From the NCBI GenBank assembly GCA_963726745.1, contig CAVSDR010000006.1, forward strand, positions 448,001 to 512,000: a stretch of 64,000 bases of DNA, given 5' to 3'. A program made the position numbers and the translations under genes. The notes beneath the pieces are model-generated. The model was not told the DNA's origin, made no database searches, and was given only the letters and a program-made list of their open reading frames with translations. Source of the DNA: an uncultured Verrucomicrobiae bacterium. GTDB lineage: Bacteria; Verrucomicrobiota; Verrucomicrobiia; Chthoniobacterales; UBA10450. Shown here piece after piece: positions 29,888 to 40,934 of the stretch (the stretch's first letter is position 1; each line of letters opens with the position of its first letter).

Positions 29888-32800
29888 CGCAGCACCCCTT
29901 CCGCCACCGGATGCTCGGGCGTGGCCTCAGCGGGCTCGGCTGCACTCGTTAGGCTGCGGATGCTTAGGAAGATCGCCTCCGGAGTCGCGGGCGATGGGAG
30001 CGAGCACCTGCGTGCCGGCTCGGCCAAAGGCGGCGACCGCGTCGCGAATCGCTTCGCGCACCGAGAGCGCGAGCATCAGCGGCGGCTCGCCCACGGCTTT
30101 GCTGCCATGGATCACGTTCGGCTGCGTCGCGTCGCTCAAGAGGGTGACGTTGAAGATGTCCGGCGTGTCGCCGACCGCGGGGATTTTGTAGGTGTCGGGC
30201 GAATGCGTCCGCAGACGGCCTTCGGAATCCCAGACCAATTCCTCGACTGTGAGCCAGCCGGCGCCTTGCACGAAGCCGCCCTCGATCTGGCCGCGGGTCA
30301 CCCCGAGATTCACCGGGTCGCCGGCGTCATGCAAGATATCGACCCGCCGCAGGTGATGCATCCCGGTGTAGCCATCGATCTCCACCTCGCTCACGGCCGC
30401 GCCGACCGCGAAGTAGTGGAACGGTTTTCCCCGCCCCGCCTCGCGGTCGTAGTGAATCTCCGGCGTGCGATAAAATCCGGTCGCGCTCAAGCTCGTGCGC
30501 GCGAAGTAGGCCCGCTGCAAGAGCTCGGCAAACGAGATGCGGGTCGCGACTTCCTCCGTCTCGAAAACCGCGTTCTCCGCGAAAACCAGATTGTCGGCTA
30601 AAACTTCGCGTCCCAATTTTTCCGCGAGCATTTCGAGCGCGAACGGCACCAGCCGCGCCCGCAATTTCTCGCACGCATCCTGGACCGCGGCGCCATTCAG
30701 GTCGGTCCCGCAAGAGGCAGCGGTCGCGGAAGTATTCGGCACTTTGTCGGTCCGCGTAGCCATCACCCGGACGCGCTCGGGCGTGATCCCAAGCTCGCGC
30801 GCGGCGATCAGCGCCATGTTCGTGTAAACGCCCTGGCCCATCTCGATCCCGCCGTGGTTCACCTGCGCCGTGCCGTCCTGGTAGAGGAGCACGAGCGCGC
30901 CGGCCTGGTTGAGATGCGTCGTCGTGAAAGAAATACCAAACTTCACCGGCGTGATCGCGAGCCCGCGTTTGCGCCGCGGATGAGCGGCGTTCCACTCCGC
31001 CAGTTCCGCGCGTCGGCTCACGAACGCACTCGACTCCAGCAGCTCCGTCCAGATGCGCTGGAGGCGATTGTCCTCGATCTCCTGGCCGTAGTGCGTCGTA
31101 TTCGTCGCGCCGGTGCCGCGGTAGAGATTGCGCTGCCGGACCATCTCCGGCGCCAGCCCGGTGGCGCGCGCGATTCGGTCCATGATCTCCTCGATCACGA
31201 GCATTCCTTGCGGTCCGCCGAAGCCGCGGAAAGCGGTGTTCGAGGCGAGGTTGGTCTTCGCAACCGCGCCGCTGATCTCCGCGTGCGGCAGGTAGTAGGC
31301 GTTATCCGCGTGGAAGACCGCCCGATCCGTGACCGCGCGCGAAAGGTCTAACGACCAGCCGCCATTCGAGAAAAGCTCGATCCGCGCGGCTTGCACCAGT
31401 CCCTCGTCATCGAAGCCAACCTCGAATTTCCCGAGAAATGGATGCCGCTTTCCGGTAATCATCATGTCCTGATCGCGATTGAAACGGATCCGCACTTTGC
31501 GTCCCGTCTTCGTGGCCGCGAGCGCAGCGAGCGCAGCCAGGCCGGCAGCTTGCGTTTCCTTCCCGCCGAAACCGCCGCCCATGCGCGGACATTCCACGAC
31601 CACGCGATGCATCGGCTGTGCGAGCACGTGCGCCACGATGTGCTGCACTTCACTCGGGTGTTGCGTCGAGGAGCTGATGAAAACGCTTCCGTCCTCGCCC
31701 GGTTCCGCCCAGCAGGCATTGGTCTCCAGGTAAAAGTGATCCTGCCCGCCGAAAGAGAATTCACCCGACAACTTGCGAGGCGCAGAGGCCAAGGCCGTAT
31801 GGACATCGCCCCGCCGGATGAAGTTCGGCTCGGTGTGGAAGCTCTCCGCGGCGATTGCTTCCTCGATCGAGAAAATAGCCGGCAGGCTCTCGTATTCGAC
31901 CACGACCTTCTCCGCCGCTGCGCGGCAAAGCTCCTGAGACTCGCCGACGACCAGCGCGATGATTTGCCCGTGATAAAACGCCTCGTTGTCCGCCAGCAGA
32001 ATCTCGTCGTGCCGCACCGCGCCCACGTCGTTTAGGCCGGGCACGTCCTCTGCGAGCAACACCGCGTGCACACCAGGAAAGGCCCGCGCCGCGCTCGCGT
32101 CGCGCCGGAGAATTTTCGCGTGCGCGTGTGGCGAGCAGACCGGCCAGACTTCGAGCATCGCCTCGGATTGCGCGCAGTCGTCCACGTAGATCGCCTCGCC
32201 GGTGACATGTTTATGCGCGCTCTCGTGCGGCAGCGATGCCGGACGCTCCGCGAGCGCGCGCGCGATCTTCCCCGGAGACGGAACCGGCGCTTCCTCTTCG
32301 AGGAATCGAGCCAGCAAACTGGTGATCAATTCCCGCCGGTAAAGCTCGCTCCCGCGCACGTCCGAGATCGGCGAAAACTCCGCCGCCAGCACCGGCGCGA
32401 CCTCTGCGAAAATCTCCGGCCGCCAGTGCTTGCCCAAGAGCGCTTGCTCAGTCGCATGCGCCCGCACCGGCATCGCGGCCACGCCGCCGAAAGCGACGCG
32501 CGCTTTTGTGATCGTGCCGCCCTCCGTGCGCTCGACCGCGAACGCGCCGGCCACGGTGCTGATGTCCATTTCGCGGCGCTTGGAGACTTTGAACCAGCGG
32601 CGATGCGACCCGGCCGGAGGAACAGGCAGCAAGATGGCCCGAAGGATTTCGCCCGGCTCCAGCGCGGTCTGGCGGTAACTCACGAAAAATTTCTCCAGCG
32701 GCAACACGCGTTCGCCTTTCGCGGAAGCGAGCACGACCTGCGCATCGAGCGCGAGCAGGACCGGCGCGGAATCGCCGATGGGCGACGCGGTCACAAGATT

Positions 32801-33685
32801 TCCGCCCATGGTCGCGCGGTTCCGAATCTGCCGCGAGCCGAAGACGAGGAGCATCTCGCGCAACTCCGGGAAGTCGCTCCCTAACGAGTCATCGATCTTC
32901 GTGAGCGTGGCCGCGGCGCCGATCCGCCAGCCCTCGCCGGTGCGCTCGACCGCATTCAGCTCCGCGATCGCTTCCAGCGAGATCAGCACCGGGAAGCGGC
33001 GATATTTTTTCGTGATCTCGAGCCCGAGCTCGGTCGCGCCGGCGATCAGCCGTGCCTCCGGATTGGCGGCCATCATTTCGAAAAGGCGCGGGAGCGAAGT
33101 CGGCCGGAGAAACTTCTCCTCGCCATAGGTGTAGCGGACCGCGCCCGGCTTCGCTTTGGCTGTGCGCAGCTGTTCGTCGAACGAGTCCGCGCCGTGGCGC
33201 TGCGCGAAGGCGTCGGCCGCGGCGTCGCGGATCGGCCGGTAGCCGGTGCAACGGCAGAGGTTGCCGGCTAGTTGCTCATCGAGTTGCGCCGCGGTCTTCA
33301 GGTCCTTGCGGTAGTAGCCTTCGAACATCGACATGATGAAGCCGGGCGTGCAGTAACCGCATTGCGACCCGAAGTTTTCCACCATCGCCTGCTGCACCGG
33401 GTGCAGCTTTTTCGCACAGCCGACCCCTTCCACCGTGAGGAGTTCGCGCCCGGCCATGAGCGGCAGCGGGACAAGGCAGCTGTTGATCGCGCGGAAGCAG
33501 CGCTTTCCTTTCGCATCGCGATCGACCAGCGCGACCGAGCAGGCGCCGCAATCGCCTTCGGCGCAGCCTTCCTTCGAACCGGTCAGGCCATTGACCCGCA
33601 GCCATTCGAGCAGCGTGGTATTCGGTGAGACCGAGTCGACGCGGACCGCTTTCCCGTTCAGCCGAAACTCGAAGGCGTTGCTCAT
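29884..33685 (-). CDS. Xanthine dehydrogenase, fused 2Fe-2S/FAD/molybdopterin polypeptide (apparent frameshift ~30000)
   Basis: KEGCAEGDCGAC, QCGYCTPG, GNLCRCTGY, RMGGGFGGKE, TAFRGFGGPQG, SKAVGEPP. The corrected C-terminus LPSPATPEAI...GVLR* has its stop overlapping the ade ATG. Confidence 0.92.
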
Positions 33686-35035
33686 GCGCCGCGCCGCCCT
33701 TGCAAAATCTTCAGGAACGAGCGCGAGCGAATTTCCTCGAGCGTGAGCCCGGTCTCGAGCGCTTCGCTCTCGGTGATCGCGCCGCAGGCAATTCCGCGGA
33801 GGAAGAAATTGAGCAAGCCCTGGCCGGTGGCGGCATCGTCGAAGACATCGCCGTGGAGCGAGGCGAGCGCGGCTTTTTCCACGAAGGCTTTCAGGCGATT
33901 CGAAGCGCTCGCAAGGCCGCCGAGGAAGAAATGGTAAACCGCGGCGTAGCGGGTCACGAGCTGCGCCGGGTGGAGATCCCAGCCTTGGTAAAAGCCATTG
34001 CGAAGCGAGTGCAGGTTGTCGTCAAACCCAAGACGCCAGGCCTTGTGCACCGACTCGCGGTTTTCGCGTTCCTGCTCCGGCGTGAGCGTTTGACCTTCGG
34101 CGGCGCGATGCGGCGCGGCCGGCAAGATATTGGTCGCGCCATCGGAAAGATGCACGCCGGTGCCGGCAGTGGAGACGAGCATCACCTGGCGCGCGAAGTC
34201 GCAGGTCGGATGGCCCATCGCCTGGTAGGCCGCGGTGATCCCGCAGGAGGCGGTGTAATCGTAAACGCCGAAATGGATGCTGCGGCAGCGCCCTTCCGCA
34301 GCCTCGATCAACGCGCCGATGCCCATCCGTCCCTGCTGGCTGATGATCGCCTGTGGCGTCTCGATCATCGGCTCGAGCTGGAGCGCACCGTTCGTTAGGC
34401 CGAGGCGTTCCTCGAGCAATTTGCAGTAGGCCACGGCGGCGTGCATTTGCTCGGGGAGCTGCACCTTCGGCACGGTGATGACGAAATTAGCCGGCAACTT
34501 CCCGCCGCTCTCGCGCAGGAGCGCGGAGAGGAAAAGATCGAGCGTGCGCACGCTCCGGGCGCGCAAGTCTTCATTGAGCGGCTTCAGGCGGATGCCGATG
34601 AAAGGCGGGAGCGTGCCCTGCGCCAGGCCACGTGCGACCTCGGCGGCGCTGGAGGCGGCGTGGCCATCTTCCTCCTCGTCGGCGCGATTGCCGTAGCCAT
34701 CCTCGAAGTCGAGCCGGAAATCTTCCACCGGTTCGCGCTCCAGTTTCTCCTGCACGCGCGCGATAGACTTTCTCCGCATGTTCGCCTTCGAGCCCGAGAA
34801 TCTTCCCAAGCGTCGCCGCGTCGGGCGCGTATTCCTCGAGCGAGCGCCGCGCGACCACGCCGAGGCGCTGCGCGGAATCGGCCCGGAAGAGGTGCGCGCC
34901 GCCGTAGACCACGTGGACCGCCTGGCGGCGATCGGATTCCCCGGGGTAATGGCGCAGGAAGCCGAGATTGGCCTCGCGCAAAGCGCTGTCTATTTTCTTC
35001 GTGTCGTCGGGCTGGAGAGTGGTTTTCGCGTTCAA
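33682..35035 (-). CDS. HpcH/CitE-like aldolase/citrate lyase superfamily protein (apparent frameshift ~34760)
   Basis: VHVVYGGAH, EDFRLDFEDGYG, ITVPKV, MIETPQ, HFGVYDY, GWDLHPAQ. Confidence 0.75.
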
Positions 35036-36307
35036 AATGGTTCCGGCCTAACGAATTGGGCGTTGGGGCGGCGGGGGAAATTACCATCCTCGAAGACGGT
35101 TTGTCCGCGCAAAAATGTGCGGCGCACGCGCGCTGGCGGCGTTCGGCCGATGTAAGGCGACTGCCGGTGCCGGTAATGGAGCGACTCCGCGGTGATGGTT
35201 TCGCCCGCGCCAAACTCGAGCAGGGAGAAGTCGGCATCCTTTCCCACTTCGAGCCCGCCCTTGTCCGCGAGGCGGAAACGCCGGGCGACGTTGGCGCTCG
35301 TGAGTTGACTCGATCCCCGGCAGGTCGGCCAGGAGCGGCAGAAGATGCTGGCAACCGGAGATGCCGCCCCAGACTTCCGCGAAATTCTCCCGCTGCTTCA
35401 TCTCCGGCGGCGAGGGCGAATGATCCGAGCCGATGGTCTCGACGTCCCCGAGGTGCGCCTGCAGGTCGCGCTGCTCTGCGGCCGAGCGCAGCGGCGGGGC
35501 GCACTTCGCCACCGCGCCTAACGAGACCATATCCTCGTCGGTCAGGAGCAGGTAATGCGGACAGGTTTCGCAGGAAACGTCGAGCCCGGCCGCGCGCGCT
35601 TGCGCCACCAGTGCCACGCCGCGTCCGCTGCTCACGTGCACCAGGTGCAGCCGGCATTTTGTTTCCTCCGCCAGCTCGAGCGCCTGCCGGATGGCTTCCA
35701 GCTCCGCTTCCACGGGGCGCGAATCGAGGAAGTCGCGCACCGTCCCGCCGCCTGCCGGACGCAAGGCCGCGGGCGCCTCCGCATGCAAGCCGACGAGCAG
35801 CCCGAGCTCCGCGGCGCGTGCCATCCCCGCGCGCAGCGTGGCCCAATCGGCGAACGGAAAATCGTCGATCCCGCTCGGGCACATGAAGGCCTTTAACCCC
35901 ACAACCCCGCGGTCGCGCAGCGTTTCCAAGTGCTCGAGGTTGCCCGGGACCAGGCCGCCCCAAAGCCCGAAGTCGGCTAACGAGTGCTCCTCCGCGGCCG
36001 CGCGCTTCGCGTCGAAGCTCGGGCCGTCGAGCGTCGGCGGGTGCGCGTTCAGCGGCATGTCGAAGAAGGTGGTGGTGCCGCCGGCGAGGGCCGCGCGCGA
36101 GCCGCTGGCAAAACCTTCCCAGTCCGTCCGGCCGGGCTCGTTGAAATGCACGTGCGCGTCGATCACCCCGGGGAAAATCGCCAGCGCGGTGGCATCAATC
36201 TCTGCCCGCGCCGCGCCCGGGAGGTTCGGTCCGATGGCGGTGAACTTGCCGTCTAAAATCCCGAGGTCGCGCTCGCGCCCGCGCACCAGGAGGTCGAACT
36301 CGCTCAT
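35032..36307 (-). CDS. allB: Allantoinase (apparent frameshift ~35300)
   Basis: DAHVHFNEPGRTDWEG, DMPLN, HAE, HVSS, ETCPHYL, KCAPPLR, SDHSP, WGGISG. Confidence 0.92.
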
Positions 36308-37305
36308 TCGTTAGGCAGCCGCGGCACGCCCCAGAGCCGCAGCCGGCTGACGCCGCCGTCCGGGAAAATATTCAGCCGCACATGGGTGCAGTTCTCCAGC
36401 GGAGCGAGTTCCTGCTCGAAGAAGTGGCGCGTGTGCGCCTCGAGCTTGGTCTGCGGGAGGATCGGCTGCCACGCGGCGCTGGCTAATTCCTCCGCGGTGG
36501 CGCCAGGCGCTTGCACGCCCTCGAGCGAGCAGGTGTCGGGGTAGTTGCCCTTGAAGTGATTCGTGTCGACCTCGATTTTCCGGATCGCGCCGGGACGGCC
36601 GAGCTGCAGGATCAGCCAATCGTGCCCGGGACCGCGGCGGCGTTTGGTCTCCCAGCCGTCGCCCATATTTTCGGAACGGCCGGGCATGATCAGGTTGTTC
36701 ATCGAGGAGAAAAACATGTCGCTGCAGGCGAGCGGCACGCCGCCATTCTCCACCGCCGCGAGGTCGACCGTTTCGCCGGGTCGCACCTTGCTCCAATCGG
36801 GCACGACCACGCCATAGACCCGCAGGCGGGCAACGCCGCCGTCCGGGAAAATGTTCAGTCGGAGATGCGTCCAGGCTTCTTCGTTCGCGATCGCGAAGAG
36901 ATTTTGCGAGCCGGGATCGAGCGGTGACTTCTCCAGGATCGTCGTCCAGCGAAGCTGCTCGAGGTCGCTGATCTCGCCGTCGGCGCGCGCGGCGTCGAGC
37001 GAAGCGAACGGCGGGTGGTTCCCGAGGAAGTGATTGGTGTCGATGTCCACCTGCCTAACGACTCCACGCAGGCCAAGCCGGAGGATGCACCAGTCGTGGC
37101 CCGGCGTGCGGCGCCGGCGGCTTTCCCAGCCATCCATCCACTTGCCGCGCTCGGTGTATTTATCGGGAATGAAGACGCCGCGCCCAGGCTTGAGGAGGTT
37201 TTCTTTCTCGGCAAAGAATTCGTCGTTCGCCTGGAGCGCAACGCCACCGACGCGCGCCGCCGCGAGGTCAACCAGGCCAGGAGGAGTGGAATCTTTTTCG
37301 CTCAT
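36304..37305 (-). CDS. alc: Allantoicase
   Basis: Two repeats of DGWE(S/T)(R/K)RRR.PGHDW, DTNHF.GN and FPDGGV.RLR. Confidence 0.95.
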   Translation of the reverse strand: MSEKDSTPPGLVDLAAARVGGVALQANDEFFAEKENLLKPGRGVFIPDKYTERGKWMDGWESRRRRTPGHDWCILRLGLRGVVRQVDIDTNHFLGNHPPFASLDAARADGEISDLEQLRWTTILEKSPLDPGSQNLFAIANEEAWTHLRLNIFPDGGVARLRVYGVVVPDWSKVRPGETVDLAAVENGGVPLACSDMFFSSMNNLIMPGRSENMGDGWETKRRRGPGHDWLILQLGRPGAIRKIEVDTNHFKGNYPDTCSLEGVQAPGATAEELASAAWQPILPQTKLEAHTRHFFEQELAPLENCTHVRLNIFPDGGVSRLRLWGVPRLPNE

Positions 37306-37313
37306 GTGTGATT

Positions 37314-37634
37314 TCAGCTTCCGCGATAGGTGCTGTAGCTCCAGGGCGAGACCAGCAGCGGGACGTGATACTTCGCCATCTTGTCGGCTATTTTGAAACG
37401 GACGGGCACGCGATCGAGAAAAGCGTTCTCACCGAAGTAATCGCCGACGTGGAAAATGAGTTCGTAGTCGCCCGCGCGCATTTCGTCGCCGCTGAGCAGC
37501 GGGCCATCGGTGCGGCCGTCGGCGTTGGTAATCGCGGTCTTGAGGAGCTGGCCGGCAGCCCAGAGTTCAATCTTTAAGCCGGCGGCGGGACGGCCGCGGG
37601 CGGTATCGAGGACATGGGTGGAAAGCGTGCTCAT
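37314..37634 (-). CDS. uraH: 5-hydroxyisourate hydrolase
   Basis: [20 protein letters not shown]-terminal YRGS. Confidence 0.95.
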   Translation of the reverse strand: MSTLSTHVLDTARGRPAAGLKIELWAAGQLLKTAITNADGRTDGPLLSGDEMRAGDYELIFHVGDYFGENAFLDRVPVRFKIADKMAKYHVPLLVSPWSYSTYRGS

Positions 37635-38128
37635 GGGGCCACGAGGTCGCGCAGCCGCAGCTCCGCAATTTGGTAGATCTCGCCGAGTGCGGTTTGGATT
37701 TCCTGCTCCCGGGAATTTTCCAGGCGCCGGGGGAAGGCGCGCAGGATGGCTTCCTTCTTGTTCAGGCGCGCGCAGATGACGAACGGAAAGCCGAAGCGCT
37801 CCGCATAAGCGCGATTGGAGCGGTCGAAAAACGCGACCTCCTCCGCGGAGAGTTCGCCCAGGCCGGCGCTCTGTTGCTCGCTTTGCGACTCGCTCGTGAG
37901 CACGGCGCGGCCGACAAGATCAGGATGCGCGCGGATCAAGGAAAGCTGTTCGTCCGCGGTGGCGGCCTCCACGGTTGCGCGGAGCGCGGCGAGCAGAGCC
38001 TCCAGGCTCACGAAGGGCCGCCGGGCGGCGGTGCGTTCCGCGATCCAGGGCGAATGCTCGAAGACCGGCCCGACGATGCGCGTGAACTCCGCGGGCGGGA
38101 GCGCATTCAACTCCTCCAGCTTTACCAT
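37631..38128 (-). CDS. uraD: OHCU decarboxylase
   Basis: [31 protein letters not shown]. Confidence 0.93.
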   Translation of the reverse strand: MVKLEELNALPPAEFTRIVGPVFEHSPWIAERTAARRPFVSLEALLAALRATVEAATADEQLSLIRAHPDLVGRAVLTSESQSEQQSAGLGELSAEEVAFFDRSNRAYAERFGFPFVICARLNKKEAILRAFPRRLENSREQEIQTALGEIYQIAELRLRDLVAP

Positions 38129-38173
38129 CGCGCTCCGGCCTGCCTTGAATTATGAATGGTGCGCAAGCTGCCC

Positions 38174-39016
38174 ATGAAACTCCTGAGCAATCGATACGGC
38201 AAGGCGCGAGTGCGCGTCCTGAAAATTTTACGCGCCGGGGCGCGGCACACGGTGCAGGAAATCGAGGTCACGGCCCTGCTCCAGGGCGACTTTGGCGAAA
38301 GCTACACCGCGGGCGACAACACCGGCGTGGTCCCGACGGACACGATCAAGAACACGATCAACGTGCTCGCGAAGGATCACCTGGGCGAGGAGATCGAGCG
38401 CTTCGCCCTCTCGTTAGGCAATCACTTCCTCGAGCGCTACAAGCAGGTCGCGAGCGCCAACATCGAGATCAGCGCCAAGCGCTGGGAGCGGATGGAGATA
38501 GAGGGCGAGCCGCACCCGCACGCCTTCGCAGCCGGGAGCGAGGCCCGGGGCTGGACCCGCGCGGTAAGCACGCGCGAGTCGCAGTTGGTCGAGTCCGGCG
38601 TGCGCGACCTGGTGATCATGAAATCGACCGGCTCCGGCTGGGCGGGTTTTCCGCGCTGCGAATACACCACCCTCCCGGAGACGACGGATCGCATCCTCGC
38701 GACCTCCTTTGACGCCACCTGGACCTGGTCCAACCTGCCGGCTGATTTTCGCCGGGCGAACGACGCGATCCTGGCCGCGATGTTGAAAGCTTTTGCGAAC
38801 AACTACAGCCCCTCGGCGCAGGCGAGCGTCTACCAGATGGGCGAGGCCGCGCTCAGTGTCTGCCCGGAGATCGCGCGCGTGGCCATGAAGATGCCGAACA
38901 AGCATTACCTCCTGGTGAACCTGAAGCCGTTCGGAATGGAAAATCAGAACGAGATCTTCGTCCCGACGGACGATCCGTTTGGCTTGATCGAAGGCACCGT
39001 CGTCCGCGATGCCTGA
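38174..39016 (+). CDS. pucL: Urate oxidase (factor-independent uricase)
   Basis: YGKARV, VPTDTIKNT, MKSTGS, YTTLPETTDRIL, SAQ, MPNKHY. Confidence 0.92.
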   Translation: MKLLSNRYGKARVRVLKILRAGARHTVQEIEVTALLQGDFGESYTAGDNTGVVPTDTIKNTINVLAKDHLGEEIERFALSLGNHFLERYKQVASANIEISAKRWERMEIEGEPHPHAFAAGSEARGWTRAVSTRESQLVESGVRDLVIMKSTGSGWAGFPRCEYTTLPETTDRILATSFDATWTWSNLPADFRRANDAILAAMLKAFANNYSPSAQASVYQMGEAALSVCPEIARVAMKMPNKHYLLVNLKPFGMENQNEIFVPTDDPFGLIEGTVVRDA

Positions 39017-39803
39017 GGATTTGCTGGAGGAACTGCTCCGCGCGCGGCAGGCGCGCACCGCCTGTGTGCTCGCGACCGTCGCGGCCACCACCGGCTCCGT
39101 GCCGCGCGCCGCCGGCTCGAAGATGCTGGTCTACGCCGACGGCAAAACCAGCGGGACGATCGGCGGCGGAAAGTTCGAGGCGCTCGTGGTGGAGGAAGCA
39201 CGCGCCGCTTTGCGCGCAAAGGCTCCGATCTTGAAACGCTACCCGCTGCACGAGGAGGACGCGGCGTCGTTTGGCGCCATCTGCGGAGGCGAAGCGACGG
39301 TCTTGCTCGAGCCGCAGGCGCTGGCGGAAGCGATCTACCTCGTCGGCGGCGGGCATTGCGCGCGCGCCATCGCGCACCTCGCCAGCACGGCGGGTTTCGT
39401 GACTGGCGTGCTCGAGGATCGTGCGGAATTGCTGGAGGATTTTCCCGCGGCAACCGCGCGCCTGGCGGCGGACTTTATCGCCACCCATCCCTGGAGCCGC
39501 GATGAGGCGCTCGTGCTCGTAAGCCGGAATCACGAGGTCGACCGCGAGGCGCTGGCCGCGGCGATGGCGCACGCGGAGAATGCCGGCTATCTCGGGATGA
39601 TCGGTAGCCGGCGAAAGGTGCGGATGGTTTTCGAGCACTTGCGCGCTCGCGGCGTGACCGACGAGCAACTGGCGCGGGTGCACGCGCCCCTCGGCCTCGA
39701 CATCGGCGCGGATTCGCCGGCAGAAATCGCGATCAGCGCGCTCGCAGAAATCATCGCCGTGCTCCGCGGCCGCGACGCCACCTCGCTGCGCGCGGGAGTT
39801 TGA
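39009..39803 (+). CDS. XdhC/CoxI family molybdoenzyme maturation factor
   Basis: GSVPR..GSKM, GTIGGG, ICGG, GGGH, YLGMIGSRRK, PLGLDIGA.SPAEIA. Confidence 0.9.
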   Translation: MPEDLLEELLRARQARTACVLATVAATTGSVPRAAGSKMLVYADGKTSGTIGGGKFEALVVEEARAALRAKAPILKRYPLHEEDAASFGAICGGEATVLLEPQALAEAIYLVGGGHCARAIAHLASTAGFVTGVLEDRAELLEDFPAATARLAADFIATHPWSRDEALVLVSRNHEVDREALAAAMAHAENAGYLGMIGSRRKVRMVFEHLRARGVTDEQLARVHAPLGLDIGADSPAEIAISALAEIIAVLRGRDATSLRAGV

Positions 39804-39828
39804 CGCTTCGCGCGCCGGTCCCTACGCT
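39800..39828 (+). promoter_or_regulatory. Putative sigma70 promoter of nbaC (leaderless arrangement)
   Basis: TTGACG (39800-39805), 17 bp spacer, TACGCT (39823-39828); the ATG follows 6 nt later. Confidence 0.5.
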
Positions 39829-39834
39829 GGGCGC

Positions 39835-40398
39835 ATGAGCAAGCTCGCTGAAGCCCTCGCCTCGGGCACCGAAGTGCAGGCGCCGATCGATCTGATGGGC
39901 TGGATCGAAGCGAACCGCGAGAAATTCAAGCCGCCGGTGAGCAATCGCTACCTCTACGATGGGCGCGACTTCTTTGTCATGATCATCAAGGGGCCGAATG
40001 CGCGGAACGATTTCCACCAGGTCGACAGCGAGGAGTTTTTCCTGCAACTCAAAGGCGACATCAAGGTGCGCATCCGCGAGGGCGACCGAATCGTCGATCA
40101 CCTGGTGAAAGAAGGAGAGACGTTCTTCATTCCGCCGAATGTCCCGCACGCACCGGTGCGTCCACCGGACACGCTCGGCCTGGTGGTTGAACGCCGCCGT
40201 CCGCCGGGCGAGCGCGAGCACGTGATCTTCTATTGCCCGAATTGCGAGGCGCTGGTGGAAGACATCGACTTCGATTGCGCCGATATCGTGCAGGCTTTCA
40301 GCAAAGCGATGACCGACTTCTGGGCGGACGACGCGCGCCGCACCTGCCCGGAGTGCGGCACCAAGGTCCCGCAGCCGGAGCCGGTGAAGCCGTTCTAA
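39835..40398 (+). CDS. nbaC: 3-hydroxyanthranilate 3,4-dioxygenase
   Basis: KPPVSN, GPNARNDFH, EEFFLQLKG, VPHAPVR, CPNC...CPECG rubredoxin-like site. Confidence 0.92.
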   Translation: MSKLAEALASGTEVQAPIDLMGWIEANREKFKPPVSNRYLYDGRDFFVMIIKGPNARNDFHQVDSEEFFLQLKGDIKVRIREGDRIVDHLVKEGETFFIPPNVPHAPVRPPDTLGLVVERRRPPGEREHVIFYCPNCEALVEDIDFDCADIVQAFSKAMTDFWADDARRTCPECGTKVPQPEPVKPF

Positions 40399-40415
40399 GC
40401 GCGGGCGAAATTTTA

Positions 40416-40474
40416 GGCAACTAATTGGTTGCCAGTCCGGCCAGGCAGCTGCAATATGCAACCATGAAGTTGCA
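40416..40474. promoter_or_regulatory. Two inverted-repeat operators, probably ArsR autoregulation
   Basis: GGCAAC-N6-GTTGCC at 40416-40433 and TGCAAC-N6-GTTGCA at 40457-40474, upstream of SRPBCC-ArsR. Confidence 0.65.
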
Positions 40475-40475
40475 A

Positions 40476-40934
40476 ATGCAGGAAGACCAAATCCAGAAGC
40501 AAATCGAGATCGACGCCCCGGTCGCACGCGTTTGGCGCGCGCTGACCGATCACACGGAGTTCGGCCAATGGTTCGGCGTCGCGATCGACGGGCCATTTGT
40601 CGCCGGGGAAAAATCGCGCGGGCGGATGACCATCCCCGGTCATGAACAGGTGAAGTGGGACGTGGACGTGCAAGAGCTCGATCCGCAGCGCCATCTCTTT
40701 GCCTACACCTGGCATCCCTACGCGATCGATCCGGATCACGATTACTCGCAGGAACCGACGACACGAGTGGAGTTCCAACTGGAGGCGAAAGGCGACGGCA
40801 CGTTGTTGACCGTGACCGAGACCGGCTTCAGCAAGTTGCCGGCTAACCGGATGCCCGAGGCCTTGCGGATGAACACGCGCGGCTGGGAGATCCAGGCGCA
40901 GGACATCAAGGAGCATGTCGAGCAGAACGCCTAA
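40476..40934 (+). CDS. SRPBCC/AHSA1 family protein
   Basis: IEIDAPVARVWRALTD..FGQWF, TTRVEF, VTETGF, GW. Confidence 0.88.
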   Translation: MQEDQIQKQIEIDAPVARVWRALTDHTEFGQWFGVAIDGPFVAGEKSRGRMTIPGHEQVKWDVDVQELDPQRHLFAYTWHPYAIDPDHDYSQEPTTRVEFQLEAKGDGTLLTVTETGFSKLPANRMPEALRMNTRGWEIQAQDIKEHVEQNA

